A stretch of 54,752 bases of DNA, taken from positions 1 to 54,752 of the forward strand of contig JAVCBU010000005.1 in assembly GCA_037917685.1 (NCBI GenBank), in the 5' to 3' direction. The translations under genes were made by a program, and so were the position numbers. Positions 20,001 through 28,841 of this stretch are shown in pieces (position 1 is the first letter of the stretch; every line of letters begins with the position of its first letter). Under the pieces are notes generated by a model. That model saw nothing but the letters and a program-made list of their open reading frames with translations. It was not told the origin of the DNA and made no database searches. The stretch is from Thermoproteota archaeon. GTDB lineage: Archaea > Korarchaeota > Korarchaeia > Korarchaeales > JAOZGB01.

Positions 20001-21044
20001 AAGCTGCTTTCCCTCAGAGACCCAAGGGGGAGGCCGCTACTGCCAACCATGCTTGTCCTCGTAACCATGGGGAAGCAGACTATGATGCAGGTGGCATATG
20101 TCGACCCCAAGAGTCTGCTGATAGTATCAGAGAATCTTCTGGACACCTTTAACATAGAGGTTAGAAGGCTGATTGTAGAGGTGAGCATGCCTCTAGCCTG
20201 GGACGCGGCGTGGAACATAGAGAGGCTCCCTGGGGTAGAGGCATATATAATAGTTGAAAACAAGCTGTACGATCTAATACTTTTAAAGACAGTATCCTTC
20301 AGGGGGCTGGGAGCCGACCTACCACCCCTTATAACAGCCATCCTGCTAAGCATATCCATGCTCCTAGCCCTGCTAGAGCATAGGAGAAGCGACTTCTACA
20401 CCATGGCAACCCTAGGCCTAAATCCAAGCCACATAGAGGGCTTAGTCCTCTCATACTCTATAACCCTATGCCTTATAGGGTCGGGGCTTGGGATAATATT
20501 CTCTACCCTGCTATCCAGGGTTTCAGGCATCCTCGGAATCCCGGTTAAGGTCAGCTATTCAGGTTCAGCTATGGCGCTTTGGATAGAGCTGATGATAGCC
20601 GGTGTAATCGTAGGCTCAATAATCCCTGCTAGAAACGCGTTCATGGAGGCTATTCCATCCCTCCTTAGAAGATGGAGGCTCAAAGCCTCTAAGGGGTTGT
20701 ACGAGGCTAGGTTGCCTGTAAGGATCCCAGAGGATGAGGCGGAAGCGTTCCTTTCAGCCCTGGTTGAAAGGGTTAGGAGAGAGTACTCGGGAACCTTCAC
20801 GAGAGTATCAAATGTGTCAATTAACGATTCAAGAGCCGAATTTGATATAAGTATTGGTGAATATGGAGAATTCGTAATTTCAGCCTCTATATACTGGGAG
20901 GATAGAAGCGAGAGCCCCAGGGTTGCTCTGAGGATAAAAAGTAGGCCGGTGACCGAGTCCGAGGGGAGGGTTGAAAAGCCTATTAGGGAGCTCCTCACCT
21001 ACCTTAGAAGGGCTGCGATCGAGCTGGTGGAGGTGTATGGGTGA
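17088..21044 (+). CDS. Large membrane protein: degenerate M28/PA domain, carboxypeptidase-regulatory-like beta domain, MacB/FtsX-like permease
   Basis: Signal peptide; RRVPGS, CHYD, EVDNLG, SDT M28-like pieces; GNPVPGA...TDQNGFYEVQGLPFG; TM bundle; HRRSDFYTMATLGLNP FtsX-like motif; IIPARNA. Confidence 0.75.
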   Translation: MRLNPHILILILLLPPLLAVEAQDQAEYWARTVASFQRRVPGSDSLAQAASFIAGEAKALGLRVERDAFSLPVWAGLEAELRVEEPVRMEIPCVAYPYSPSTDGWVKGSLLFGASGVQPSNYSNSILLTSSGGVDEGFACGVYGFKALIIGMNGNGWVEPIPNIKSIPAVIIRNEDFEMLKSLVVKYGRVNVSVKVETEIRLGTAENIIAWLNKDSDGPVALLICHYDQHLYFDSQSASDSAVPVAVLLDVARKLRELNVETPVAFVFTSGRLGNDGVRIFVSRHYDVISRVFMAVEVDNLGVGEPVLQSYYDAKSVCESYPYTTWLVSELISSANIVDYELHTVFPSIAEEFPQISYLLSLNVPAVMISSNNSKDVSGSLSDTADTVEYSQIGIVSDILSLAIYRASKGFSTEQPENLLREGRTHPHQVSGFAYMDGNPVPGAFIVVRRMFPPPIVFYYNVTDQNGFYEVQGLPFGLYEVLCFTGPMLRHLLDQVFIPEWAGNIKLDEEIISVSLNLSFREGGLIKIGGAYDPQTWEPEPPPLRVDVYHGKGVIYSTSIFSRFRVFGPQLSPGLIPCPAGVDAKLKIYFKSSAYLLTNGTGFNLKPGSEVYIPSIQSFILRERAENLSIRLEASSSMGYNVKYFIDQLNISLGHIVRAEKAAQAGEHYIHIAEAQEAARLLDYIEGELSQIIYVSARSLEYSLPVMSLISVLLAGVLETRRNLKIILAKALLFNILFSGLVLALNPAGMALTSGVVEGWEYIILEAAGRSYLSFTVAFFLLYVYMGVAHERPGVKLKFFSALNAIVRTSLEYVRKERWRSVSLILVLMLVTGSAISFTTTEPAVTSITHSAEVSSRFQGVYVVPSGDPPIPREYLDVISSIPGVKSIHKIGLTHLASDCIFRIGDAEIWGVIAVDNWSATALSINDTLIQGSFEGVVISSELARNLSISVNETIRISSVDVRVSGIFNESKLLSLRDPRGRPLLPTMLVLVTMGKQTMMQVAYVDPKSLLIVSENLLDTFNIEVRRLIVEVSMPLAWDAAWNIERLPGVEAYIIVENKLYDLILLKTVSFRGLGADLPPLITAILLSISMLLALLEHRRSDFYTMATLGLNPSHIEGLVLSYSITLCLIGSGLGIIFSTLLSRVSGILGIPVKVSYSGSAMALWIELMIAGVIVGSIIPARNAFMEAIPSLLRRWRLKASKGLYEARLPVRIPEDEAEAFLSALVERVRREYSGTFTRVSNVSINDSRAEFDISIGEYGEFVISASIYWEDRSESPRVALRIKSRPVTESEGRVEKPIRELLTYLRRAAIELVEVYG

Positions 21045-21672
21045 AGATCCAATCCTAAGGGTTGAGAGAGAGGCCAGAAGGCTTATGGAAGGGCTTCCAG
21101 GAAGCCACGACTGGTCTCATGTTGAGAGGGTTAGGAAGCTTGCGCTACTCATAGGCAAGGCTGAAAACGCTGATCTTGAAGTCGTGGAGGCCGCCGCCCT
21201 GCTCCATGACATCGGTAGAAAGTATGAGTACATGGATCCCGGGGTAAACCATGCAGAGAAGTCTGCGGAGCTCGCAAAGTCCATCCTCCTGGACTCAGGG
21301 TTTCCGCCTGGCAAGATTGAGCACGTCCTTAAATGTATTAGAGGCCACAGGTTTAGGAGGAAATACAAACTTGAGACTATAGAAGAGAAGATAATATATG
21401 ACGCGGACAAGCTGGACTCTATAGGGGCCATTGGGGTGGCAAGGGCCTTCATGTATGGCGGGGAGAACAAGCAGAGGCTTTACCCGGAGGGAGACTGGGA
21501 CCTGTCAACACTACCAGCCGTGGAAACCCCGGTCACAGAGTTCATATATAAGCTGTCTAAGATCCTTGATACCCTCCACACGGAGACGGCGAGGAGACTC
21601 GGACGTGAAAGACACGATTTCATGGTAGCCTTCTATAGAAGGCTTCTCGACGAGGTTGAGGGGAGAAGGTAA
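21037..21672 (+). CDS. HD-domain phosphohydrolase
   Basis: SHDWSHVERV, LLHDIG, GHRF, YDADKLDSIGAIG. Confidence 0.92.
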   Translation: MGEDPILRVEREARRLMEGLPGSHDWSHVERVRKLALLIGKAENADLEVVEAAALLHDIGRKYEYMDPGVNHAEKSAELAKSILLDSGFPPGKIEHVLKCIRGHRFRRKYKLETIEEKIIYDADKLDSIGAIGVARAFMYGGENKQRLYPEGDWDLSTLPAVETPVTEFIYKLSKILDTLHTETARRLGRERHDFMVAFYRRLLDEVEGRR

Positions 21673-21709
21673 GATTATAAGTATACAGTTAGGTCAAGAC
21701 TGGATCAAG

Positions 21710-21976
21710 ATGTGGAAGGTATTCCTGGTGGACAGTCTAGAAGAGGTTAGAAGTAACGAAGATATAAAGAGAGCAGGCTACAAGTTCCTGTGGAGAAGGG
21801 AAGTCGAGGATGCTGACGGCTACTACATATATATAGAGGCTCCAGAGGAGTTCTTCGAGAAAGAGTCCATAAAGAATCTTAAAGAGGCAGACAGGCAGGT
21901 TGCAGAAAAGGTTAGAGAGATAATACTAAGCCGTGAGGAGGGCGCACTGGAAGGTCTAGGTTCAATCTTTGGGTAG
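21710..21976 (+). CDS. Small conserved-looking archaeal hypothetical protein
   Basis: Acidic 88 aa ending EEGALEGLGSIFG; TATA-like ATTATAAG ~30 nt upstream. Confidence 0.6.
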   Translation: MWKVFLVDSLEEVRSNEDIKRAGYKFLWRREVEDADGYYIYIEAPEEFFEKESIKNLKEADRQVAEKVREIILSREEGALEGLGSIFG

Positions 21977-21977
21977 G

Positions 21978-22187
21978 CTACTCTTCACCCCTTATCTTCC
22001 TGATAAAACGTTTACCTCTCTCCTCTCCTAGGATTTTTATTATCCTCCTTTCCTTCTCATCATCCGGGAGGCTTCCCTCGATTATCGATTCAACCTGGCT
22101 TCTGAGCCCTGGATCAAGGTCCCTAAGGGCTTCCCTAATGTTAGCCCTAAACTTTCCAGGCTTTAGTACAAAGCCCATGTTCAACAC
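21978..22187 (-). CDS. Small hypothetical protein
   Basis: 69 aa charged helical ORF filling the gap between flanking genes. Confidence 0.5.
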   Translation of the reverse strand: MLNMGFVLKPGKFRANIREALRDLDPGLRSQVESIIEGSLPDDEKERRIIKILGEERGKRFIRKIRGEE

Positions 22188-22250
22188 CTCTAATATTCAT
22201 ACCACCATTCGAGTATATATGTTTAATAGGAAAACATTCCCATCCTCGAT

Positions 22251-22853
22251 GTGATGCCGGTCGAACTTAGAACACCCATAAGTGAGGAAGAAGTAAGAAG
22301 CCTAAGGGTTGGTGACGAGATATATGTATCCGGTTTAATGGTGACAGCGAGAGATGAGGCGCATAAGAGGGCGCTAGAACTATGGAAGCAAGGCGAAAAG
22401 TTACCAGTAGATCTTAAGGGTCTTGTACTATATCACTGCGGCCCTGTAGTTAAGAAGGAAGGTGGAGGGTGGACCGTTATAGCTGCAGGCCCAACCACGT
22501 CTGCTAGGCTTGAAATGTTTGAGTCAAGCTTCATAGAGAAGTTTAAGGTTAGAGTTATAGTTGGTAAGGGCGGCATGGGCGACAGGACTGCTGAAGCATG
22601 CCGTAAACACGGCTGTGTATATGCAGCCTTCACTGGTGGGGCTGCCCTCATAGCCTCCTCTGCTATTAAACGTGTCATCGGGGTTGAATGGCTCGACCTT
22701 GGAGTACCTGAAGCACTATGGATGTTTGAGGTTGAAAGGTTCGGCCCCCTCATAGTTGCGATCGACACCCACGGGGAAAACCTTTTTAGAAAAGTTATGT
22801 CACACGCTCGGGAAAGGTTCAGAGAGGTGATAACGACCCTTGAACAGTCTTGA
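22251..22853 (+). CDS. Fe-S fumarate/tartrate hydro-lyase beta subunit
   Basis: TARDEAH, YHCGP, AGPTTSAR, GKGGM. Confidence 0.93.
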   Translation: MMPVELRTPISEEEVRSLRVGDEIYVSGLMVTARDEAHKRALELWKQGEKLPVDLKGLVLYHCGPVVKKEGGGWTVIAAGPTTSARLEMFESSFIEKFKVRVIVGKGGMGDRTAEACRKHGCVYAAFTGGAALIASSAIKRVIGVEWLDLGVPEALWMFEVERFGPLIVAIDTHGENLFRKVMSHARERFREVITTLEQS

Positions 22854-23697
22854 GGATATACTTGTAGAGCTTATAAGACGTGCAAGCACGATCGCCCCCT
22901 GGAGCCTTAAAGATGCCCTCCGTAGAGAATTGGAAGCGACGCAGGACCCGGTTTCTAGATCCCAGCTAGAGACGATTCTCAGGAATATAGAACTCGCCGA
23001 GGAGAATTCTAAGCCTATCTGCCAGGACACCGGGATTCTAAACTTCGTATTCGAAGTAGGCGAGGACTATCCTTCCCCTAGAAATCTTAGACGAACGGTT
23101 GAGAAAGCTGTGAAAAGGGCTACGGAGCTTGTACCTTTAAGGCCCAACGCTGTCGACCTCTACAGGGGTAACACTGGTAATAACGTAGGCCTTCATGTAC
23201 CATGGATTACGGTTCAGTTTGTACCAGGCGATAAAATGAGAATATGCTGTTTCCCCAAGGGGGGTGGAAGTAGCAATATAGCCAGGCTGGGCATGCTGAA
23301 CCCTGGCGAAGGAATAAGAGGAATTAAACGATTCGTCTTAGAGTCGGTGCTTGAGGCAGGCCCCAAGGGATGCCCACCATACATCGTGGGAGTAGGCATA
23401 GGCGGAGGCGAGGACATTGCAATGATCCTTGCGAAGAAAGCCCTACTAAGACCGGTAGACAGCTGGAGTAGCAGATCCGAGGTTGCAGAGCTTGAGAAAG
23501 AGCTTCTCTCAGCGATAAACAAGCTTGGAATAGGAGTTATGGGCTTGGGTTCCGGGCCTACTGCTCTCTCGGTTCATGTTGAGATGGCAGCTAGACACCC
23601 AGCAAGCCTACCTGTCGCCGTGGCGTTTAGCTGCTGGGCTTTGAGATATGCTTGGGTTGAGATAGACAGTAATGGTAAAGCTAGGTTCATAGAATAG
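22840..23697 (+). CDS. Fe-S fumarate/tartrate hydro-lyase alpha subunit
   Basis: PICQDTG, PKGGGS, GCPP, GVGIGG, HPASLPV, SCWA. Confidence 0.93.
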   Translation: MNSLEDILVELIRRASTIAPWSLKDALRRELEATQDPVSRSQLETILRNIELAEENSKPICQDTGILNFVFEVGEDYPSPRNLRRTVEKAVKRATELVPLRPNAVDLYRGNTGNNVGLHVPWITVQFVPGDKMRICCFPKGGGSSNIARLGMLNPGEGIRGIKRFVLESVLEAGPKGCPPYIVGVGIGGGEDIAMILAKKALLRPVDSWSSRSEVAELEKELLSAINKLGIGVMGLGSGPTALSVHVEMAARHPASLPVAVAFSCWALRYAWVEIDSNGKARFIE

Positions 23698-24266
23698 GAT
23701 TGGCTAGGGTAGTGCCGGGGTTAGGTTTATACACTCGACTATAAAAATGATCAGGATCTCTACTTAACCCAAAACGCCAGTTTAAGGTTACTTACCCTTT
23801 CCATATTTTTCAACTCCCATCAAGCAGTTATCTCTTTGTCTCATTAACTCTTCTAATATTTCAAAAACAACCAAAAGCGAAGATGATGGAAGCTTGGAAA
23901 GGGCAAAAGCCATCCTATGTATTATGGCTTTATAACTTCATGCTTAATCCATTAATGCTCATGATTTCATATGTGACAACGGTTACAACGGCGCTGACAA
24001 GAATTACACTTATGTGCGTTAAAGCATATGAAAGATTATTACCCTAAATTAGGCACTATCAAAAATACGTTCCAAAATTAGCGCCACTTCACCTTTGTTT
24101 ATGGCTGTTGCTTTATTCTCAGTATAATGTAGCTAAATTAAACCAATTATTAAGCGAGATTTTGGATAAAGAAGATCTTAGAATAAACTAAGTCTCTTTA
24201 AGAGAGAAGGCCTCACCTGGAGATTTAGGGAGATAGAAAATAAGTATAGTTAAATTTGAAACTTAA

Positions 24267-24366
24267 TGCGGGGGGCGGGATTCGAACCCGCGAACTCCCT
24301 TAGGAGACAGGATCTTAAGTTTCGCATCTACATCCTGCGCCTTTGTCCGAGCTTGGCTACCCCCGC
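24267..24366 (-). tRNA. tRNA-Leu(UAA) with 13-nt intron at position 30/31 (24321-24333)
   Basis: GCGGGGG acceptor stem, TTCGAAT T-loop, long variable arm; removing ATGTAGATGCGAA restores CAGGA-CTTAAGA-TCCTG. Confidence 0.93.
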
Positions 24367-24485
24367 CAAAGTACTAGTAGAGTTTGATGCTTTAAAACGG
24401 TTACCTTTCAAGTGCGGCTTTTAAATGTTAGGCGATTGCCTAGGTACCTTTTAAAACTGGATGAACAATAGTTTATTGAGGCATA

Positions 24486-25157
24486 ATGCGTGCAAAATGG
24501 TTGGTAGTTTTAATAATAGCTCTTACCATAACATCCGCTGTAACAGTTAAAGCGGGTGGCGGATTGCTGAAAGAAAGATTCCAGCTTTTGAAGAGTGCAC
24601 CTGTCATGGTGGTGGTCGGTAGACAGGCTGCAGATTCAGACTACGAGTGCGCTCTTCTGGTTAAAGAATACCTGGAAGACGCTAATATCACGGTCGAAAT
24701 AGTCTATGATGATACTATTTCCGATGTTGACCTGGAATATAACCTTATAGTGGTTGGTGGTCCCGCGGTAAATAAGATCGCATCAAGCTTGAACTATAAG
24801 ATCTCTTCATGGTTTGAGAGGGGTGTCGACGGTTGGACACTCTATGTTGTGGGCTGGAGGCTGTCGCAGCCAGTCCACGGCGTAGTTGATTTTGAGGGGA
24901 ACCCGTTTGGCAACACAACATACGTTGTACTCCTAGCAGGTGTTGGTAGGGAAGGCACTATTGCTGCAACCCACATCTTCCTGAAAGCCGAGGGGTTATG
25001 GGGAGAAGTTGCGGCTGTAAGGCTGTCAGGTAATGTAGCGTCGGTTCTGTTTTGTTCCAGTGCCCTCTGTAACCAACAGAAGGAATACTACTTCGCTAAG
25101 CCGACGGAAGGCCCGGGTGTAATATACGTAGTCATAGGTTCGGAGGCTGGAGGATAA
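24486..25157 (+). CDS. Secreted S-layer-domain-like protein
   Basis: Signal peptide; VVVGRQAADSD, NLIVVGGPAVNKI, LLAGVGREGTIAA resemble archaeal S-layer family domain. Confidence 0.65.
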   Translation: MRAKWLVVLIIALTITSAVTVKAGGGLLKERFQLLKSAPVMVVVGRQAADSDYECALLVKEYLEDANITVEIVYDDTISDVDLEYNLIVVGGPAVNKIASSLNYKISSWFERGVDGWTLYVVGWRLSQPVHGVVDFEGNPFGNTTYVVLLAGVGREGTIAATHIFLKAEGLWGEVAAVRLSGNVASVLFCSSALCNQQKEYYFAKPTEGPGVIYVVIGSEAGG

Positions 25158-25196
25158 ACAATTTTAAAGAGTCCGCCTTCCTAATAGGTAGTAACC

Positions 25197-26225
25197 ATGA
25201 CACTGAATGCAGGCATAAGGCCGACAATAACAACTATAATTGTCATAGTTCTCCTACTGGGTACTGTAAACCATAGGTCTTTAGAAGCTCAACAGTGTCT
25301 CTTCGAGGTTAAAACTAAGATAGATGTTTTCGAAAATGACACTGCACTCGTGACGATAACTCTTAAAACCCATGATAAACTGAACCTTTCCGGATACACC
25401 TTTATAATGCCTGTAATACCTGTGAGCACGCCTAGGAGGCTCTGGGATGCCAGGGTCGTTGAAGGAGAGGTGGATCTCATCGTGTTGAATGATACAGATT
25501 TTAAAAGCATTTTCCTGGTTAGGGTTTACAGTGTTGAGAAAGAACTGAAAATCTCGTATAAGTCTGACGCCTATATATACCGCTTCAGGAAGACTATCTC
25601 GGTATACGATGATAGATACTTTTCATACGTGTTTTACACGCCTAATCTGACTGCGTGTAAGGTGTCAATAGAGGTTTACCTTCCGAAAAACAGCGACTTA
25701 ATGGAGGTGCACCCAACCCTACCAGTATACCAGCCTGAGCCTACAACCAACATGATAGACATATGGACTGGTCGAAGGGTGCTGGGTTGGGAGGATATTG
25801 TAACTAAAACATTCAGGTGTGCCCTAACATATAGGCTGGGGATAGGGGGGCTCGCACCGATCATTGTAATAGCTTCCGTGATTGGAGTAGCCTTGTTTGC
25901 ATCTATAGCTGGGTACTTCGTTGTTAAACGAATGCTTAAACCTAAGATTACAGGTGTTTCTCCAGGGCTGGAGGAAGGTAGGCCGGAGCTTAACAGGGAC
26001 GAGGAGATCACACTCACGGTAATAGCAAGGAACGGTTCGGTTGCCCAGAAGGATCTGCCAGACCTAACCGGATTCTCTAAAGCCAAGGTTTCGAGGATTG
26101 TAAACAGACTTGTAAACCTAGGGCTTATATCGAAGAGCGAACATGGTAGAACATATATAATTAAGCTGTCTGACGAGGCTTCTAAGCTTATCACAGCCTT
26201 AAACTTCAACTCTTCCGAATCCTAG
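25197..26225 (+). CDS. Membrane-anchored protein with extracellular beta domain and C-terminal winged HTH (COG2512-like)
   Basis: Signal/TM, extracellular domain, TM, then LNRDEE...QKDLPDLTGFSKAKVSRIVNRLVNLGLISK...GR. Confidence 0.8.
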   Translation: MTLNAGIRPTITTIIVIVLLLGTVNHRSLEAQQCLFEVKTKIDVFENDTALVTITLKTHDKLNLSGYTFIMPVIPVSTPRRLWDARVVEGEVDLIVLNDTDFKSIFLVRVYSVEKELKISYKSDAYIYRFRKTISVYDDRYFSYVFYTPNLTACKVSIEVYLPKNSDLMEVHPTLPVYQPEPTTNMIDIWTGRRVLGWEDIVTKTFRCALTYRLGIGGLAPIIVIASVIGVALFASIAGYFVVKRMLKPKITGVSPGLEEGRPELNRDEEITLTVIARNGSVAQKDLPDLTGFSKAKVSRIVNRLVNLGLISKSEHGRTYIIKLSDEASKLITALNFNSSES

Positions 26226-26965
26226 CCCTCTACAATCCACATAAGGATAGACCCATCCTCTATGACTCTAAGCATCTGTAGGATCCTCTTAGCAGGTTCT
26301 CTTTCTATCCAGACATAGGTTTCATCCTTCCCTATGACTGCTAGGTATTTATCGCTGGCATACATCGTTCCTCCAACGTTTATTGTTTCACCGCCTAGAT
26401 AGGTCAGTTCAAGCTTTACCACCTTGAAATCAGAACTAAGATAGCTAAGAGTTACGGTGCCGTTCGGGGGCTCAGAAATAGACCTTAGGAGGAATATGAG
26501 TGAGAGGGAGTCATAGGTTTTTTCAGCAGCTGAAATCCTCTTAGAGGAAAACTTCTCTCCCATAGACAGGTTGGAATAGATGATTCCTACCTCCCGGTAG
26601 TCAACGACTAGGGTTGCATATACGCCGGTTTCATTCTCATATGAGATTACCGCGTAGATAGGTCTTAAATCTTCAACAGAAATGTACTCGTCCATAAGGA
26701 TTCTCAAGCTCTCATTTCCCTCCTCAATTCTTTCTCCCGAAACCCTTAAACACTCAAACCCTCCGAAAAAGGTTCTCTCTAAGACGCTGAATGTGATGTA
26801 TGACTTTACGGATCCATTGGTTTCATAATTAAGCCTCTCTCCAATCTCAAACGTTGGGTTCAAACTAAGAGTGTAAGTAGACTTAGGCTTTCTGAGAAAC
26901 ACGCTTAAAGCCGAAACAACCGCTATAAAAACAACAATCAAAAGGATCGCATGCATAGCTCGCAT
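26222..26965 (-). CDS. Membrane-anchored DUF3108-like beta-rich protein
   Basis: N-terminal TM, FEIGERLNY, YDSLSLIFLLR, GETINVGG...YVWI. Confidence 0.6.
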   Translation of the reverse strand: MRAMHAILLIVVFIAVVSALSVFLRKPKSTYTLSLNPTFEIGERLNYETNGSVKSYITFSVLERTFFGGFECLRVSGERIEEGNESLRILMDEYISVEDLRPIYAVISYENETGVYATLVVDYREVGIIYSNLSMGEKFSSKRISAAEKTYDSLSLIFLLRSISEPPNGTVTLSYLSSDFKVVKLELTYLGGETINVGGTMYASDKYLAVIGKDETYVWIEREPAKRILQMLRVIEDGSILMWIVEG

Positions 26966-27379
26966 TAAACACCCTACCCTACCTACTAATCCACTGGTCA
27001 CTTTTAAACATCTAACCTTCCCTTTCGACTCCGATGTCTGTGAAAACCTCCTAATTTACTATTTACCATCTACAGCTTTAAGACAGCATTAAACCACACT
27101 ATCGAATATCGAAAATCGAGTTCCTAAGCTATATGCTGGGAAACCCAAAAGTCCCTAATTCCCCCTCCGTTACAATAAGAGTAAGATTTTACATTGATTA
27201 AATGGTTATAAAATCGATATTTAGAGTAATATTACCCTGGAAAGCATACGGCTTTACTAGTTATTTTTAAAGAACAAGCGTTATAGGTTGAGCAATATTT
27301 TTGACATGCCTTCGCTGTCTCTTCGTCCCTGTATCCAAGCCCACAAATCTCACATATGTATATAATTTTCAACCTATAG

Positions 27380-27478
27380 TGCGGGGGGTGGGATTCGAAC
27401 CCACGAACCCGCTAGGGGAGCAGATCTTGAGTTTCGGCATTTAAACTGCCGCCGTTAACCAGGCTTGGCTACCCCCGC
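27380..27478 (-). tRNA. tRNA-Leu(CAA) with 13-nt intron at position 30/31 (27433-27445)
   Basis: Cloverleaf as above; removing TTTAAATGCCGAA restores GCAGA-CTCAAGA-TCTGC. Confidence 0.93.
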
Positions 27479-27517
27479 AATAATAAAGGGGCAATATCCA
27501 ACTTAAAACTATTACGT

Positions 27518-28021
27518 CTACCTGTTCCTCACAACCCTCTTAATTCTAAGTTTATGCCCGCACACGGGGCAAGCCTTATCCTTAAGATTTGGACTGTACC
27601 TCCTGCCGCATCCCTCGCATTCCAGAATCCAGCATGAAACCTTTGATATTCCCGGTCTTCTAATCCCCATCCATCCTATCCCGATTTTCTGGCATATGTT
27701 TTGCAACGTTTGATCGTCGGTAACCACCACAACCTTGCATTCATCTCTAAGCGAAAGAGCGATAGCTAGAAGCTCGATATCCGTATCCGAGAGCCTAAGC
27801 ATCTCCCCCGATTCAGCTGCCATCCTCTTAGCGATATTAATCATCTCACTGGTGGTGGAGAGTACGGTAAGGCCGCATCCCAGCCATGCTTCGAGTATGG
27901 CCGTACTCCTAGTATCTTTAACCTCGGATATCACATTGTCCGTAGTGTATACCTTCCCGGGTAGGCTGCATGGCCTGAGCCCGCCTATCAGGGCGGAAGT
28001 GTCAAGTATGAAGCATGTCAT
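27518..28021 (-). CDS. nob1: NOB1-family PIN endonuclease (rRNA maturation)
   Basis: ILDTSALI, LSDTDIELLA, VTDD, CEGCG...CPVCG zinc ribbon. Confidence 0.9.
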   Translation of the reverse strand: MTCFILDTSALIGGLRPCSLPGKVYTTDNVISEVKDTRSTAILEAWLGCGLTVLSTTSEMINIAKRMAAESGEMLRLSDTDIELLAIALSLRDECKVVVVTDDQTLQNICQKIGIGWMGIRRPGISKVSCWILECEGCGRRYSPNLKDKACPVCGHKLRIKRVVRNR

Positions 28022-28841
28022 GAGACAGCCTCTCCAGGATTTTAGGGAAAACCCTGCCAAAAGTTACAAACCTTGCTCTAACAGGCGACGGCCCGATCTC
28101 TACTGTTTCGATGTTTTCTAAAGCCTTCCTACCATCAACCATCAGCAGGCCGGGCCTTAAGGTGTCAACTTTAACCTTGCATCCTTCGAGGACTAAAGAC
28201 TTATATGGATATTCAAGGCTCGGGGGCCAAGGCTCCAGCGCTGTAACAATAAGACCTTCTATAGACGGGTGTACAAGACACTTGCATGCTGAATAGGAGT
28301 ATGCGAAGGAACCAAGAGAGGTGGCCACTATAACCCCGTCCCCTATGAAAGAGTTGATCCTAAAGCCGTCGGCGTAAACCTTAAACCTTCCAGCCTTACC
28401 ACGCCCCCATGACAGGAATAGGTACTCGTTGACAGCGTCAGGTACTCCTTCATGGCTGTAAACTCTCAGCTTTCTAACACTGAAAATCTCATAGTTACCG
28501 CTGAAAATTTTGTCCAGTGCCTTGTTAACCTCCCCCTTATCTATTGCGGTTAGTACGCCGTACCCCCCAACCCTTATGCCTAGCAGGGGAGTTTCCCTAT
28601 CATTTATCATGTGCTGAGCCTGGAGCATTGTCCCGTCTCCACCGACGGCGATTACAATGTCGTAATCCTCTTCTCCCGGGTTTCCCTGTTTAAACTTTGA
28701 AACCCTTGATAAATAGTTGTCAACGGAAACTTCGCCTCCCCTCCTACTTACGTACCTCGCAGCTTCCAACGCCACTTTTAGTGCTTCCACCCTATCCCTT
28801 CTCGATGTAATGAAGAATTTCATGCACCTACCAACCTCCAA
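28002..28841 (-). CDS. nadK: NAD(+) kinase
   Basis: VGGDGT, AVNE, GDGVIVATSLGSFAYSYS, VDG. Confidence 0.88.
   Translation of the reverse strand: MEVGRCMKFFITSRRDRVEALKVALEAARYVSRRGGEVSVDNYLSRVSKFKQGNPGEEDYDIVIAVGGDGTMLQAQHMINDRETPLLGIRVGGYGVLTAIDKGEVNKALDKIFSGNYEIFSVRKLRVYSHEGVPDAVNEYLFLSWGRGKAGRFKVYADGFRINSFIGDGVIVATSLGSFAYSYSACKCLVHPSIEGLIVTALEPWPPSLEYPYKSLVLEGCKVKVDTLRPGLLMVDGRKALENIETVEIGPSPVRARFVTFGRVFPKILERLSHDMLHT

Noticed and set aside
24267-27478. Two tRNA-Leu genes as attL/attR of an integrated element
   Set aside because: Both are complete, different isoacceptors with their own upstream TATA-like boxes; no integrase
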